Of a stretch of DNA of 51,340 nt, positions 19,815-29,089 are shown one piece after another; the stretch's first letter is position 1, and each line of letters opens with the position of its first letter. Both the position numbers and the translations under genes were made by a program. The DNA comes from Promethearchaeota archaeon (GTDB lineage: Archaea > Asgardarchaeota > Lokiarchaeia > Sigyniarchaeales > SOKP01), in assembly GCA_016840545.1 (NCBI GenBank), contig JAEOSD010000002.1:1-51340 (forward strand), read 5' to 3'. The notes beneath the pieces were generated by a model. The model saw only the letters and a program-made list of their open reading frames with translations. It did not search any database and had not been told where the DNA came from.

Positions 19815-20582
19815 TCAATCAATTTTTTTTGCTAATTCATAATAAACATCTTTCTTTGAAAAGTAAAGGTTAATGCGTTTTAAGCTACGTTTAACTGTTA
19901 GATTTCTTCCACTGGTTAATACTGAAACAAAATTTAGGCTCTTAACTTTACCCGTTTTTAAAATTCTAGTCACATATATTAAAGAATCTGAGAAAACTTT
20001 ATCAATTCCTAAGGAATGTGGTGGTTGCTTAAAACCACCTGCTTTAAAGAATATAGCTCTTCTAACAATCATGTTTGTTCCGGAAAGTTCAGGGTATCCA
20101 ACCAAACTTTTAAAGAAATAATACAGATGAACAGCAATGCTTTGAAAAAAGAATTTTGTTATAGTGCATACTAAAGAACCAATTTTGAATGAAAAAGCAA
20201 TCCCATCATAATATTGAATTCTAGCACTGCAGGCAAAAAGATTCTTTTTTTTTTGAAAAATTTTATAAATTTTTTGTAAGAAAAAGGGGTCCATCAATGT
20301 ATCTGCATCTAAAAATAAAAGTATCTCTCCCGATGTCTTTGGAGCAGCATAATTTAATTGATAGGCTTTGCCTTTCTGTGGCGATATATATACTTTCGCA
20401 AATTTTTTAGCAATAACAATGGTATTATCGGTGCTTTGCCCATCCACTACAACAATCTCATAAGGAAAATCGCATATTTGTTTTTTAATTGCTATTAGTG
20501 TTTCCTCTATGTTAGCTTCCTCATTATATGTGGGGATAATAACTGAAATTTTAGGTTTGTGCTTTGTATTAAATGCTTTCAT
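19815..20582 (-). CDS. family 2 glycosyltransferase
   Basis: ISVIIPTYNEE, VVDGQSTDNT, and the DxD motif in LFLDADT. Confidence 0.85.
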   Translation of the reverse strand: MKAFNTKHKPKISVIIPTYNEEANIEETLIAIKKQICDFPYEIVVVDGQSTDNTIVIAKKFAKVYISPQKGKAYQLNYAAPKTSGEILLFLDADTLMDPFFLQKIYKIFQKKKNLFACSARIQYYDGIAFSFKIGSLVCTITKFFFQSIAVHLYYFFKSLVGYPELSGTNMIVRRAIFFKAGGFKQPPHSLGIDKVFSDSLIYVTRILKTGKVKSLNFVSVLTSGRNLTVKRSLKRINLYFSKKDVYYELAKKID

Positions 20583-20681
20583 TTTACTTATTGTAAGCAG
20601 AATGATTATTATATTCTAAATCATTCATTTATTATTAATATATGATTTTTTTGGATTTTAAAAGGTAATAATTGAAATAAA

Positions 20682-21767
20682 ATGAAAAAAGGATTTGTAC
20701 TTCCATTTATTTTTTTAATTGTAAGTTCTATAGTGCTTATTTTATTTGTAATCAATCGTTTATTTATTTCAATTCCTTGGATAAGTACAATATATGAATA
20801 TATAGTACCTTGGTTATCATTAATTTTCAATGAATATAATATGTATATCTATGGTGGAATTTTTATCGCTTTTACATTTTTACTTGTATTATATGTCTTA
20901 GGGTATAACTTAGCAAAATCTAAACAATTAACTGGTTCAATTATATATATTTTTAGTCTATTAGGATTTGTAGTAATTACTTTCGTAGCATCTTATTTTA
21001 CATATTTTAGTGTCTTATTTAATCAAGATTTAGCACTTAATACAAGGTTAATGCTATTTATACTTTTCTTGCCAATAAATTTTGCATTGAGCTTATTGCT
21101 ATTTCTAATAAATATAGATTTTTTTGTTTTTTTTAAGGATTTAGTAAGAGCGAGAAAAGTATGGAAGCATAATAAACCCGAATTTGAAGTTCAAGTTAAA
21201 GGTAAAATAACGTATATTAATATAGACACCAAGGAACATATTTTTACTCCTATACCAATGTTGATCATTGCGAAATACCTTCAGAGTAAAGGCTTTTCTA
21301 TTTCCTGGTTTGTGAAAGGTGCCTTTAACCATGTAATATCACTGATTATTACATATTTAATTGGGTGGCCACGAGCCAGAAACAAGTTATTTCGCTTTAC
21401 AGGAATGAAAATCGGAGAAAATTGCCATATCTCTCAAAAAGCAGCACCTGATCCACTCTTGCCTGATTTGATTGAATTTGAAGAAGGGAGCGGTTGCGGG
21501 ATTGGAGTAAAGATGTTAACTCATAATGCAATGCATATAAAACATGGAACTTTCAGCTTTGGACCTATTAAAGTGTGTGAAAACGCAAGAATAGGAGCAT
21601 ATTCAATTCTACTACCAGGGGTTACAATCGGTAAAGGCTCGATAATTGGAGCAGGTTCAGTAGTAACGGAGGATATCCCCCCATATTCTATAGCATATGG
21701 TGTTCCTGCTAAAGTTATCCGACAATTAAATGAATATGAAAAAGGAGAGGTAGATAAGAAGTATTAA
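20682..21767 (+). CDS. membrane-anchored left-handed beta-helix (hexapeptide) acyl/acetyltransferase
   Basis: About 150 aa of TM helices, then C-terminal hexapeptide repeats (ENARIGAYSILLPGVTIGKGSIIGAGSVVTEDIPPYSIAYGVPAKVI). Confidence 0.7.
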   Translation: MKKGFVLPFIFLIVSSIVLILFVINRLFISIPWISTIYEYIVPWLSLIFNEYNMYIYGGIFIAFTFLLVLYVLGYNLAKSKQLTGSIIYIFSLLGFVVITFVASYFTYFSVLFNQDLALNTRLMLFILFLPINFALSLLLFLINIDFFVFFKDLVRARKVWKHNKPEFEVQVKGKITYINIDTKEHIFTPIPMLIIAKYLQSKGFSISWFVKGAFNHVISLIITYLIGWPRARNKLFRFTGMKIGENCHISQKAAPDPLLPDLIEFEEGSGCGIGVKMLTHNAMHIKHGTFSFGPIKVCENARIGAYSILLPGVTIGKGSIIGAGSVVTEDIPPYSIAYGVPAKVIRQLNEYEKGEVDKKY

Positions 21768-21768
21768 C

Positions 21769-22551
21769 TTATTTTTTAATAAACTCATCAATTATTTTAT
21801 TAATTTCTTCATGATTGTTAACCATCACCCTATGCGAGCCATTTTCAATGCTAAATATTTCCGAATTGGGTATTAAATTACCTAACTCATTAATCATTGA
21901 GTGAGAAATTATTTTATCTTTATTTCCATGAATAAGTAGGGTTGGTTGAGAAATCTGAGTTAATTGATTATGTATATTAAATTTGGAGGTCATATTTTTA
22001 AATGTCCTTAAAACTATTGACTTTGGGATTTTTAATGCATTGGTATAGAGTTTTTTTAATTCCCGAATTTTAAATTTAGGTAAAAGAATTTGTTTAACAA
22101 TATTTTTCAAGAATTTTTTATAAACTAATTTAAAAATCAGGTTTACCCAAGATAACTTAAATTTATCTCTAAGTGATTGAGAAATTGCAGCGCTAGAACT
22201 AATTAAGATCAATTTTTTTACTAATTTTGGATTCTGAATGGCAATATTTAATGCAATCATTCCTCCTAAAGAATGCCCTATAAGAATGGCTTCATTATAT
22301 CCAAGTAATTTGAGAAAATTTATTATTTGTTTAGTAAAAAATTCAATAGAGTACCTTGCTTTTGGTTTATCTGATTTTCCAAATCCAGGTAAATCTGGTA
22401 CAATAACCCGTTCTTTAAAACTAAAATAACACAATTGATGAATCCATTCCTTTGAGCTTCCTAGCCATCCATGAATGAATACGAGAGGTGTGCCTGCTAC
22501 TTTATTTTCGTAATAGAAAATTTTAAATTGATTTATCGTAATGAATGGCAT
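21769..22551 (-). CDS. alpha/beta hydrolase
   Basis: LVFIHGWLGSSKEW, nucleophile GHSLGG and a late GSHRV. Confidence 0.85.
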   Translation of the reverse strand: MPFITINQFKIFYYENKVAGTPLVFIHGWLGSSKEWIHQLCYFSFKERVIVPDLPGFGKSDKPKARYSIEFFTKQIINFLKLLGYNEAILIGHSLGGMIALNIAIQNPKLVKKLILISSSAAISQSLRDKFKLSWVNLIFKLVYKKFLKNIVKQILLPKFKIRELKKLYTNALKIPKSIVLRTFKNMTSKFNIHNQLTQISQPTLLIHGNKDKIISHSMINELGNLIPNSEIFSIENGSHRVMVNNHEEINKIIDEFIKK

Positions 22552-22568
22552 TTAATTATTCAAAACAT

Positions 22569-23621
22569 CTATTTTAATTTACTTCTGTATCTTAAATTTC
22601 TAATGGGGTGTTTAACAAAATTAGTGGGGTTCCAATAACATGGTTTAAAACAATCGCAATATTCAAATTTAAATTTATTAATTGTTTTAACTCGTTTCCT
22701 ATGCGATAGTTTGATAAAATCATTAAAGGGAATAGATGTGCTAACATCTTCGCAGAGCATTACAGTTCCATCATTATCAATTGCATAATATAGATCCCCA
22801 GCATCACATCTCCAAGAATATTTTTTTTGGTACCATTTATTCATATAATAATAATATATGTTAGGAGAAAAGAATTGAACTCCTTGTCTCTTTAAGTATT
22901 GAATCATTTTCCTTATTCGATCCATATCTTTTTTTTTTATCAGTAAATCTGGACAATAACTTCTATATTTATATTGTTCATCAGGGTTCATTGATGAATG
23001 TACAGGATCTATTGAAAACCGGCAATCCAATTTTGAATTGATGGTTTTTATTAATGGTATGACTTCATCTATATTTTCTTTGGTAGGGATAATATGAATG
23101 CTATAATCTATATTATCAGGATGGCTCTCTTTTATTTTATGAAGTAATTCGATTAATTCGGGATGATATTTCTTGGGACTAAAATTAGTTTCTGAAAACC
23201 CATCAATACTTATACCTAAAAGGAAATATCCATAGGATGCAAATTCCTCAAGTAACTCTTCATTTAATAGAGAACCGTTAGTTACTACATGAGTAAAAAT
23301 ATTTAAATCTATACAATATTTTATTAATTCGCCTAAATCTGACCGAAGTGTTGGTTCTCCCCCATATATCGTAATAAATCGACATCCCTGATTAAAAATT
23401 TGATTTATTATAGTTTTCCATTGTTTTAATGAGATATCATTTTTTTGTATGTTTCTTGAAGTAGCGCAATAATAACAATTGAAATTACATTTTCGAGTAA
23501 AAAATATACTGACAAATACTGGCCCGTTTATTACTCTGAGAATTCTTTTTAAATAACTTATTCCCAACTTCCTTAGTATTTTATTTTTCATATTATTAAT
23601 ATATATTTCAAGTCCCTTCAA
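22569..23621 (-). CDS. radical SAM enzyme with Cys-rich SPASM/twitch-like C-terminus
   Basis: FFTRKCNFNCYYCAT (CxxxCxxC), GGEPTL, and C-terminal WRCDAG...LCED...YCDCFKPCYWNP. Confidence 0.8.
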   Translation of the reverse strand: MKGLEIYINNMKNKILRKLGISYLKRILRVINGPVFVSIFFTRKCNFNCYYCATSRNIQKNDISLKQWKTIINQIFNQGCRFITIYGGEPTLRSDLGELIKYCIDLNIFTHVVTNGSLLNEELLEEFASYGYFLLGISIDGFSETNFSPKKYHPELIELLHKIKESHPDNIDYSIHIIPTKENIDEVIPLIKTINSKLDCRFSIDPVHSSMNPDEQYKYRSYCPDLLIKKKDMDRIRKMIQYLKRQGVQFFSPNIYYYYMNKWYQKKYSWRCDAGDLYYAIDNDGTVMLCEDVSTSIPFNDFIKLSHRKRVKTINKFKFEYCDCFKPCYWNPTNFVKHPIRNLRYRSKLK

Positions 23622-23662
23622 TCAGAATAGATTAAAATAATTAATAATACTAAAAAACATTA

Positions 23663-24625
23663 ATGAGTTCAGTGTGGCAACCCGTATCAATAATTGTGCC
23701 TATAAAAAACAGAGGCAGTCTTTTACCTAATTTAATTAAAAATCTATCTAATTTGAACTATCCTAATTATGAAATAATAATTGTTGATGATTGTTCAACG
23801 GATAATACGAAAAATCTATTAAGAAAATATCCCATTAAATCTATATTATTAAAAAAGTCAGTTGGATCAGCTGAAGCTCGAAATATTGGCATTAGCGAGG
23901 CGAAAAATGGCATTATTGCTTTAACTGATTCTGATTGCTTTGTTTCAAGAAATTGGTTAAAAGATTTAGTTCCTTTTTTGAAAAAATACGATATAGTTGG
24001 AGGAAGAGTCGAATTTTGCGATAGAGCAGAAAGAAAATTAAATCCGTCCATAAAAATTGAGACAGTTCTAAAAAAAAAGTCCTCCGTCAATTTTCTTAAT
24101 TCAAGTAATATGTTATTTAAAAAAGAATTAGTGACACATACTGGTGGCTTTTTAAATTATAGAATTGAAGATCTGGAATTTTCATGGAGGGCATTAAAGA
24201 AAGGATTTAGACTAATTTATGTGCCAAAGGGACTGGTAATTCATCATGGCAAAAGAACTACATTTCAAAACATCAAAAGGTATTTCCAATATGGAAAGTC
24301 ATATTCAAAAATAGCAGCTGTTCATAATATGGATATTTCCTTTAAACCAGAATCAATTTATGATAGAAAAACCATGTGGAATTATTTGCAGTTAATTGCA
24401 TTCCCTTTTCTTTTACTTTTGGCACTGTTTATTTGTGGTTTTGTAATTTTGAATATGATATTTTATTTATCATTAAATGCTTTCTCACTAGCTTTTCTGA
24501 TTTATTTATTTTTTCGAATTATGAGAAGAATAGACATAATTTACAAATTATATAAGTTTAGTATAATTTTCAGTATAATAAATTTTAATTTAATCTACTT
24601 GCTTAAAAAAGTGGATAAGAGGTAA
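23663..24625 (+). CDS. family 2 glycosyltransferase with C-terminal TM helices
   Basis: VSIIVPIKNR, IIIVDDCSTDNT, TDSDCF (DxD), and a hydrophobic C-terminal third. Confidence 0.85.
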   Translation: MSSVWQPVSIIVPIKNRGSLLPNLIKNLSNLNYPNYEIIIVDDCSTDNTKNLLRKYPIKSILLKKSVGSAEARNIGISEAKNGIIALTDSDCFVSRNWLKDLVPFLKKYDIVGGRVEFCDRAERKLNPSIKIETVLKKKSSVNFLNSSNMLFKKELVTHTGGFLNYRIEDLEFSWRALKKGFRLIYVPKGLVIHHGKRTTFQNIKRYFQYGKSYSKIAAVHNMDISFKPESIYDRKTMWNYLQLIAFPFLLLLALFICGFVILNMIFYLSLNAFSLAFLIYLFFRIMRRIDIIYKLYKFSIIFSIINFNLIYLLKKVDKR

Positions 24626-24650
24626 AAATTAAGTAAAAAAATTTGGCAGG

Positions 24651-25958
24651 TCAGTGAAGCCAATCAATTATTGAAGAACAGCTCTTACCTTGAGCATTTT
24701 TTAACCGTCCTATAATTCTAAATGTAGCCCCTTCATATCCACATTCTGGGCATTTATTTTTTGAAATTAATTCAACAATATCATCAACAAGAACTGCTTG
24801 ATTTATGCTACCATTTACTCCATATGGTGTTATTACTTCTAATAAACCTTCTATACCCTCTTTAACGGGTTCTAGATTTTCTGTATCTCTTACTATAATC
24901 CTAGAAGTATCAGGACAATGTAATAAGAAATCTTGGTATTTTTCAGACCAATGTCCGCCAAAAAGAGTTGGACCTTCCGTAAATGCATAGATATCGCCAA
25001 TATCTTTTCGTCTAATGTTAAAAACTTTTTCATAATTATCAATAAATCTGACTTTATCTACAACATCCAATTTTGCTTCGCCTTTAACCCCATCCCATCC
25101 TCCACCACCACAACCGACAAAGGATATTCCATCAAGGTCATAGAACATATTTTCTTTTAATAGTCTTTTCTCAAACATGTTATTCATTAAGAGGGGGCTT
25201 CCGCCAAATAAAATTTTAACTATTTCTTTTCCTTTCCAATGTCCTGTTTTTGCAACTTTTTCAACCATCTTCAATAATCTGCTAACATCTAAAACAAAGC
25301 CCCCTTTTATTGAAAAAGTTGATAGAATTGCCCAAATTGTTTTAAGAAATTTTGGTTTTACCATATATTCTTCTTGTCCATAAAATTCCCAAGGTTTATT
25401 CATACAAGCAGTAAAATAACGTGTTTTTTTAACATATTCAAATCCTTTAGCATTTTTTTTTGCCATAAATGACATCAGAAGACGACCTGGTGAAAAATTA
25501 AAAATAAGACTTATTTTAGAACCTACTTTATAATCATCCCACCTAAAAAAGTCTGTGAAAACTTTAATCGAATTATATTGTATCTGATCAAAATCCTCTA
25601 CTGTTCGAGGAACTATTGAAGGATCTCCTGTTGTTGAAGATGAACATGAAAAGAGCGCAATTTTATCAAGCGGTACTTTTAAGAATTGTAGGATCAGATT
25701 TTCTGATTTTTTATAAAGGTCTGTAGGAATATAGGGGATTGTTTCCAAATCTTCAATGGTTAGCTTATCAGGAATTGTAAAATCAAAATTCTTACAGAGC
25801 TCATCTTGATAATAATTACAATTATCATAGGATAATTTTATTTGTTCTAATAAATCGCTGCAAAATTTGTCATCTGGATAATTTCTCGGTTTAAAATCAA
25901 AATATTTTGTTTTTAATTCTTCTGGCAAATAATCATTTACTTTCATAACGATTACCAA
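24651..25958 (-). CDS. LuxE/PaaK-like adenylate-forming enzyme (acyl-protein synthetase-like) with C-terminal zinc-ribbon-like CPECG
   Basis: IPYIPTDLYKK ... LFSCSSSTTGDPSIVPRT resembles the LuxE lPflPv..FK ... SSGTTG region. C-terminal KNKCPECGYEG. Confidence 0.6.
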   Translation of the reverse strand: MVIVMKVNDYLPEELKTKYFDFKPRNYPDDKFCSDLLEQIKLSYDNCNYYQDELCKNFDFTIPDKLTIEDLETIPYIPTDLYKKSENLILQFLKVPLDKIALFSCSSSTTGDPSIVPRTVEDFDQIQYNSIKVFTDFFRWDDYKVGSKISLIFNFSPGRLLMSFMAKKNAKGFEYVKKTRYFTACMNKPWEFYGQEEYMVKPKFLKTIWAILSTFSIKGGFVLDVSRLLKMVEKVAKTGHWKGKEIVKILFGGSPLLMNNMFEKRLLKENMFYDLDGISFVGCGGGGWDGVKGEAKLDVVDKVRFIDNYEKVFNIRRKDIGDIYAFTEGPTLFGGHWSEKYQDFLLHCPDTSRIIVRDTENLEPVKEGIEGLLEVITPYGVNGSINQAVLVDDIVELISKNKCPECGYEGATFRIIGRLKNAQGKSCSSIIDWLH

Positions 25959-26073
25959 TTTCTAGAATTGTATTTATTAATTTAAAAAATTTCCTTCAAA
26001 TATTTAAAAATTATTCAATGTTTTAAAAAAAAATATAAAACATTAACTAAAAATGGAAGGCTGTAATGTTTCA

Positions 26074-26535
26074 CTATTGGTTATCCTGATTTAACTTACT
26101 TGAATTCTTTCCAGTTTTGTTAAAATTGGTAAAATTCTTTTTGTTACTTTTCATTATGATTATAGCCACAATTGGGACTAAAGATAAACAAATAACTAAA
26201 TTGATCATTGAAACTAAAATATTATAAATTAAAACGTATAAAATTAAAAAGGCTATGTAGAATGTAGTTTCAGAGATTACCACGTCCAATAATGAATTTG
26301 TTTTACTTTCTGCCCAATTTTTTAAAACTCGACTATAAATAAATTTATAAACAAATGTGTGCTCAATCAATTCCCATCCAATAAATATCAAAAGACTGAA
26401 TGGAGACAAGACAATTCCCTGTCTGTAGGATAAATTAAATTGGAAAAACAATATAAAAAAGGAGTTTATATTTAGTCCAAATACTACGTGCCCTAATGAA
26501 AACACATCAATTATCTTTCGAGAAATTCTTTTCAA
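26074..26535 (-). CDS. small membrane protein (about 4 TM)
   Basis: Hydrophobic helices and a polar C-terminal tail. No family recognised. Confidence 0.45.
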   Translation of the reverse strand: MKRISRKIIDVFSLGHVVFGLNINSFFILFFQFNLSYRQGIVLSPFSLLIFIGWELIEHTFVYKFIYSRVLKNWAESKTNSLLDVVISETTFYIAFLILYVLIYNILVSMINLVICLSLVPIVAIIIMKSNKKNFTNFNKTGKNSSKLNQDNQ

Positions 26536-26706
26536 TCTTCCTCAATCCAACATTTCTGTGCCAAATTGTAAGATTTTAGATTAAATAAATATTATATAAA
26601 ATTTAATTCCAACTAAATTTATATAATTGTTTTGTTAAATCTATTAATAATAAGGTAACTCCTTTTACATTTATGACAAATTAAAGATTATATTTTTTTT
26701 AATTTA

Positions 26707-27447
26707 CTAATTTCCCATAAAATCTATAATGGCATTCAAGACGGCTTCAGCTTGCTCAGTAAGTAAACCATGCCCGCTATTTTCAAAAAATTTCAATTTT
26801 GCACCCGGAATTAAATCAGCCAAAATTTCCGCGTTTTGAGGAGGAACAAGAAGATCTTGTTTTCCATGCAGAATTAAAGTAGGAACTTGAACAATTTTCA
26901 ATCTTCTATGTGACTTAAATTTTAACACAGCATTAATTTGTTTTCGGTACACTTCAAGAGGAACTGGATGAGAAAGATAATTTTGGATTATAGCATCTAT
27001 AGAATTCGCATGAGTTTTAATAAAACCTTCGCTATATACGAGCGGAATCTGACTTTTTATTATTTCTTCTGGAGATACATTTTCTTGGAAAGGAGATTTT
27101 CCAGTAAAGATCTCCTTTGAAGGCATGATATATTTTGGTCTTCCACAGTGGGTCGAGCCAATAATTACTTTCTCAATTTTTTCAGGATAATTGATCATTA
27201 ATTCCTGAGCAATCATTGCTCCCATACTAAAACCAATTACGTTTACCTTACCAAATTCTAAAGCATCTATCAATCCTGCCACATCATTGGCTAATGTTTT
27301 TATGGTATATTGCTTATCTCCATCATCTGTTTGTCCAATTCCTCTATGATCAAAAATTAACGTCTTAAATTTCTTAAAGATCAACATTTCAAAATCTTGA
27401 AATAGTAGAGAAGACTTGAAATGCTTAACATGACCACTCTGACCCAT
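26707..27447 (-). CDS. alpha/beta hydrolase (true N-terminus probably upstream of the first ATG)
   Basis: Nucleophile GFSMGA, HGKQDLLVP, and a catalytic His in SGHGLL. The in-frame upstream sequence IPKIKVDDINIYYEIHGKEIPLIFI looks like the conserved beta1-beta3 strands (see findings). Confidence 0.75.
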   Translation of the reverse strand: MGQSGHVKHFKSSLLFQDFEMLIFKKFKTLIFDHRGIGQTDDGDKQYTIKTLANDVAGLIDALEFGKVNVIGFSMGAMIAQELMINYPEKIEKVIIGSTHCGRPKYIMPSKEIFTGKSPFQENVSPEEIIKSQIPLVYSEGFIKTHANSIDAIIQNYLSHPVPLEVYRKQINAVLKFKSHRRLKIVQVPTLILHGKQDLLVPPQNAEILADLIPGAKLKFFENSGHGLLTEQAEAVLNAIIDFMGN

Positions 27448-27714
27448 TATAAAAATAAGAGGGATCTCTTTTCCATGGATTTCATAATAAATATTAATAT
27501 CATCAACTTTTATTTTGGGTATATTAACCTTCCTCCTCCTTATTTTCGATGATATTTCTTTATTATTTCTAATTCTATTTAATATTAATTTTATTTAATT
27601 TCCTATAATTTAATATCCTATTCGTTTTTCTCTTTTGGTAGGTTCTTAAAAAGAATTAAGAGCGATCAAACAAATCTTATTCGGGATTTAAATAAAAAAA
27701 GAAAAAAAGTTAAA

Positions 27715-29067
27715 TTAAATTGTAGATAACGCTACTATTTCTGCTTCTTGTTTTTCAAAAAGCATTGGAGTTTTCTCCCAACTTAAATCTTTAGGAATTT
27801 TAAACTGACGTAAAAACATATATAGATGGATAAATCCACTTATTGGAAAAACAAATAAAAGACTGTAATGTTTATCACAATATTTTCGTATAGCATTGAA
27901 TAAATACCCAAGCTGAAAGAACAAACAAGATAGGGTCCAGAAAAGTAAATAAAATTCTCCAATAAAAATCTGAAGTATTGCAAAACCAATTACAATAGGA
28001 ATCCACGTATCTAGATTTCCTATAAGCATCATCGTCATGTTTCTTGCGATAACTAATGATTTGCCATTTTTTTTTTCGCTTTTCATTGCCATTAGCTGGG
28101 GCATGTCAAAAATATATCCAGCAAGCCATCGGGTACGTTGATGTCTCAAGATTTCCATAGTACTTGGTACATATTCATAAATTTTTGCTTTTGGAGAAAA
28201 ACGAATAAGTACTCCATCTAAATTTAAAAGTATAGATAGGTAAAGATCTTCTGTCATTGAATCCTCGTTATAACCCCCATATTTTTTGAGGTATTTTGTT
28301 CTAACCGCAAAGTTTCTTCCAAAAGAATAAGCTGAGGAACCTAATCTATTTTTAATTTCGAATAATAATCCCCCACCAGAAACTACAGCATAATCAAGAA
28401 AGATTCCTCTAGTTAATGCATTTTTCTTCCAGTTCTTAACTAGCACAGGTCCAATTACCGCGTTATTTTTATCATCTTTAAATGGTGCTATTAGGTTTTT
28501 CAATGCATTAGGTTCTAAAATACAACCTGAATCATAAAGCACAACAATATCATTTTTAACATATTCTAAACCGTAATTGAGCGCTGGAGGTTTGCCTTTT
28601 TTTGGAAGATCCTCTGATAAAACTTTTATATCTATTATACTATTTTCTCTTGCGAACTTTTCACAAAATTGAGTAGTATCATCTGTTGATCCGCTTGTTA
28701 CTATAATTACTTGGATGTTTTCTTTAGGGTAATCTGATTTAACAATAGAATTTAATGTTCTTTCTAATAATATTCTTTCATTTTTGGAGGCGATTAATAT
28801 ACTAATATCAGTATAATACGGAGTTTTGGTTTTGTAACCACTACCAAATGAGGCGAGGAAATGTATTCCATAATATATCACAAATCCTAGCAACATAAGA
28901 AGACCAATTAACGGAAAGATAAACCACCAATTAGGTAAAGGATTGAAAAAGAATGTGTCAATTGCTCTTTTTACTCCAGACATCCAAAATGGAGGAAAGT
29001 ATATATGAAATAGAGTATAACCAATTACCCAAACAAGTCCATACATGAAATATCTTATTATTACCAT
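27715..29067 (-). CDS. processive membrane GT2 synthase (cellulose synthase/PgaC/NodC-like)
   Basis: ISILIASKNE, TSGSTDDT, LYDSG, MTEDLYLS (TED) and QRTRW (QxxRW), flanked by TM helices on both sides. Confidence 0.85.
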   Translation of the reverse strand: MVIIRYFMYGLVWVIGYTLFHIYFPPFWMSGVKRAIDTFFFNPLPNWWFIFPLIGLLMLLGFVIYYGIHFLASFGSGYKTKTPYYTDISILIASKNERILLERTLNSIVKSDYPKENIQVIIVTSGSTDDTTQFCEKFARENSIIDIKVLSEDLPKKGKPPALNYGLEYVKNDIVVLYDSGCILEPNALKNLIAPFKDDKNNAVIGPVLVKNWKKNALTRGIFLDYAVVSGGGLLFEIKNRLGSSAYSFGRNFAVRTKYLKKYGGYNEDSMTEDLYLSILLNLDGVLIRFSPKAKIYEYVPSTMEILRHQRTRWLAGYIFDMPQLMAMKSEKKNGKSLVIARNMTMMLIGNLDTWIPIVIGFAILQIFIGEFYLLFWTLSCLFFQLGYLFNAIRKYCDKHYSLLFVFPISGFIHLYMFLRQFKIPKDLSWEKTPMLFEKQEAEIVALSTI

Positions 29068-29089
29068 TTTTTAAAATCACCAATTTTTT

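Noticed and set aside
18334-23621. The two radical-SAM genes as the missing activase of the glycyl-radical enzyme
   Set aside because: GRE activases are about 250-320 aa with the CxxxCxxC motif at the extreme N-terminus. These two proteins are a 484-aa B12-domain enzyme and a 350-aa SPASM-like enzyme, embedded in a glycan cluster more than 10 kb from the GRE.
19873-27120. Short ORFs 19873..20121, 20621..20830, 21141..21332, 22238..22429, 23767..24090, 24805..25383 and 26938..27120
   Set aside because: All are nested in or antisense to genes with clear GT2, radical-SAM, hydrolase or LuxE-like motifs.
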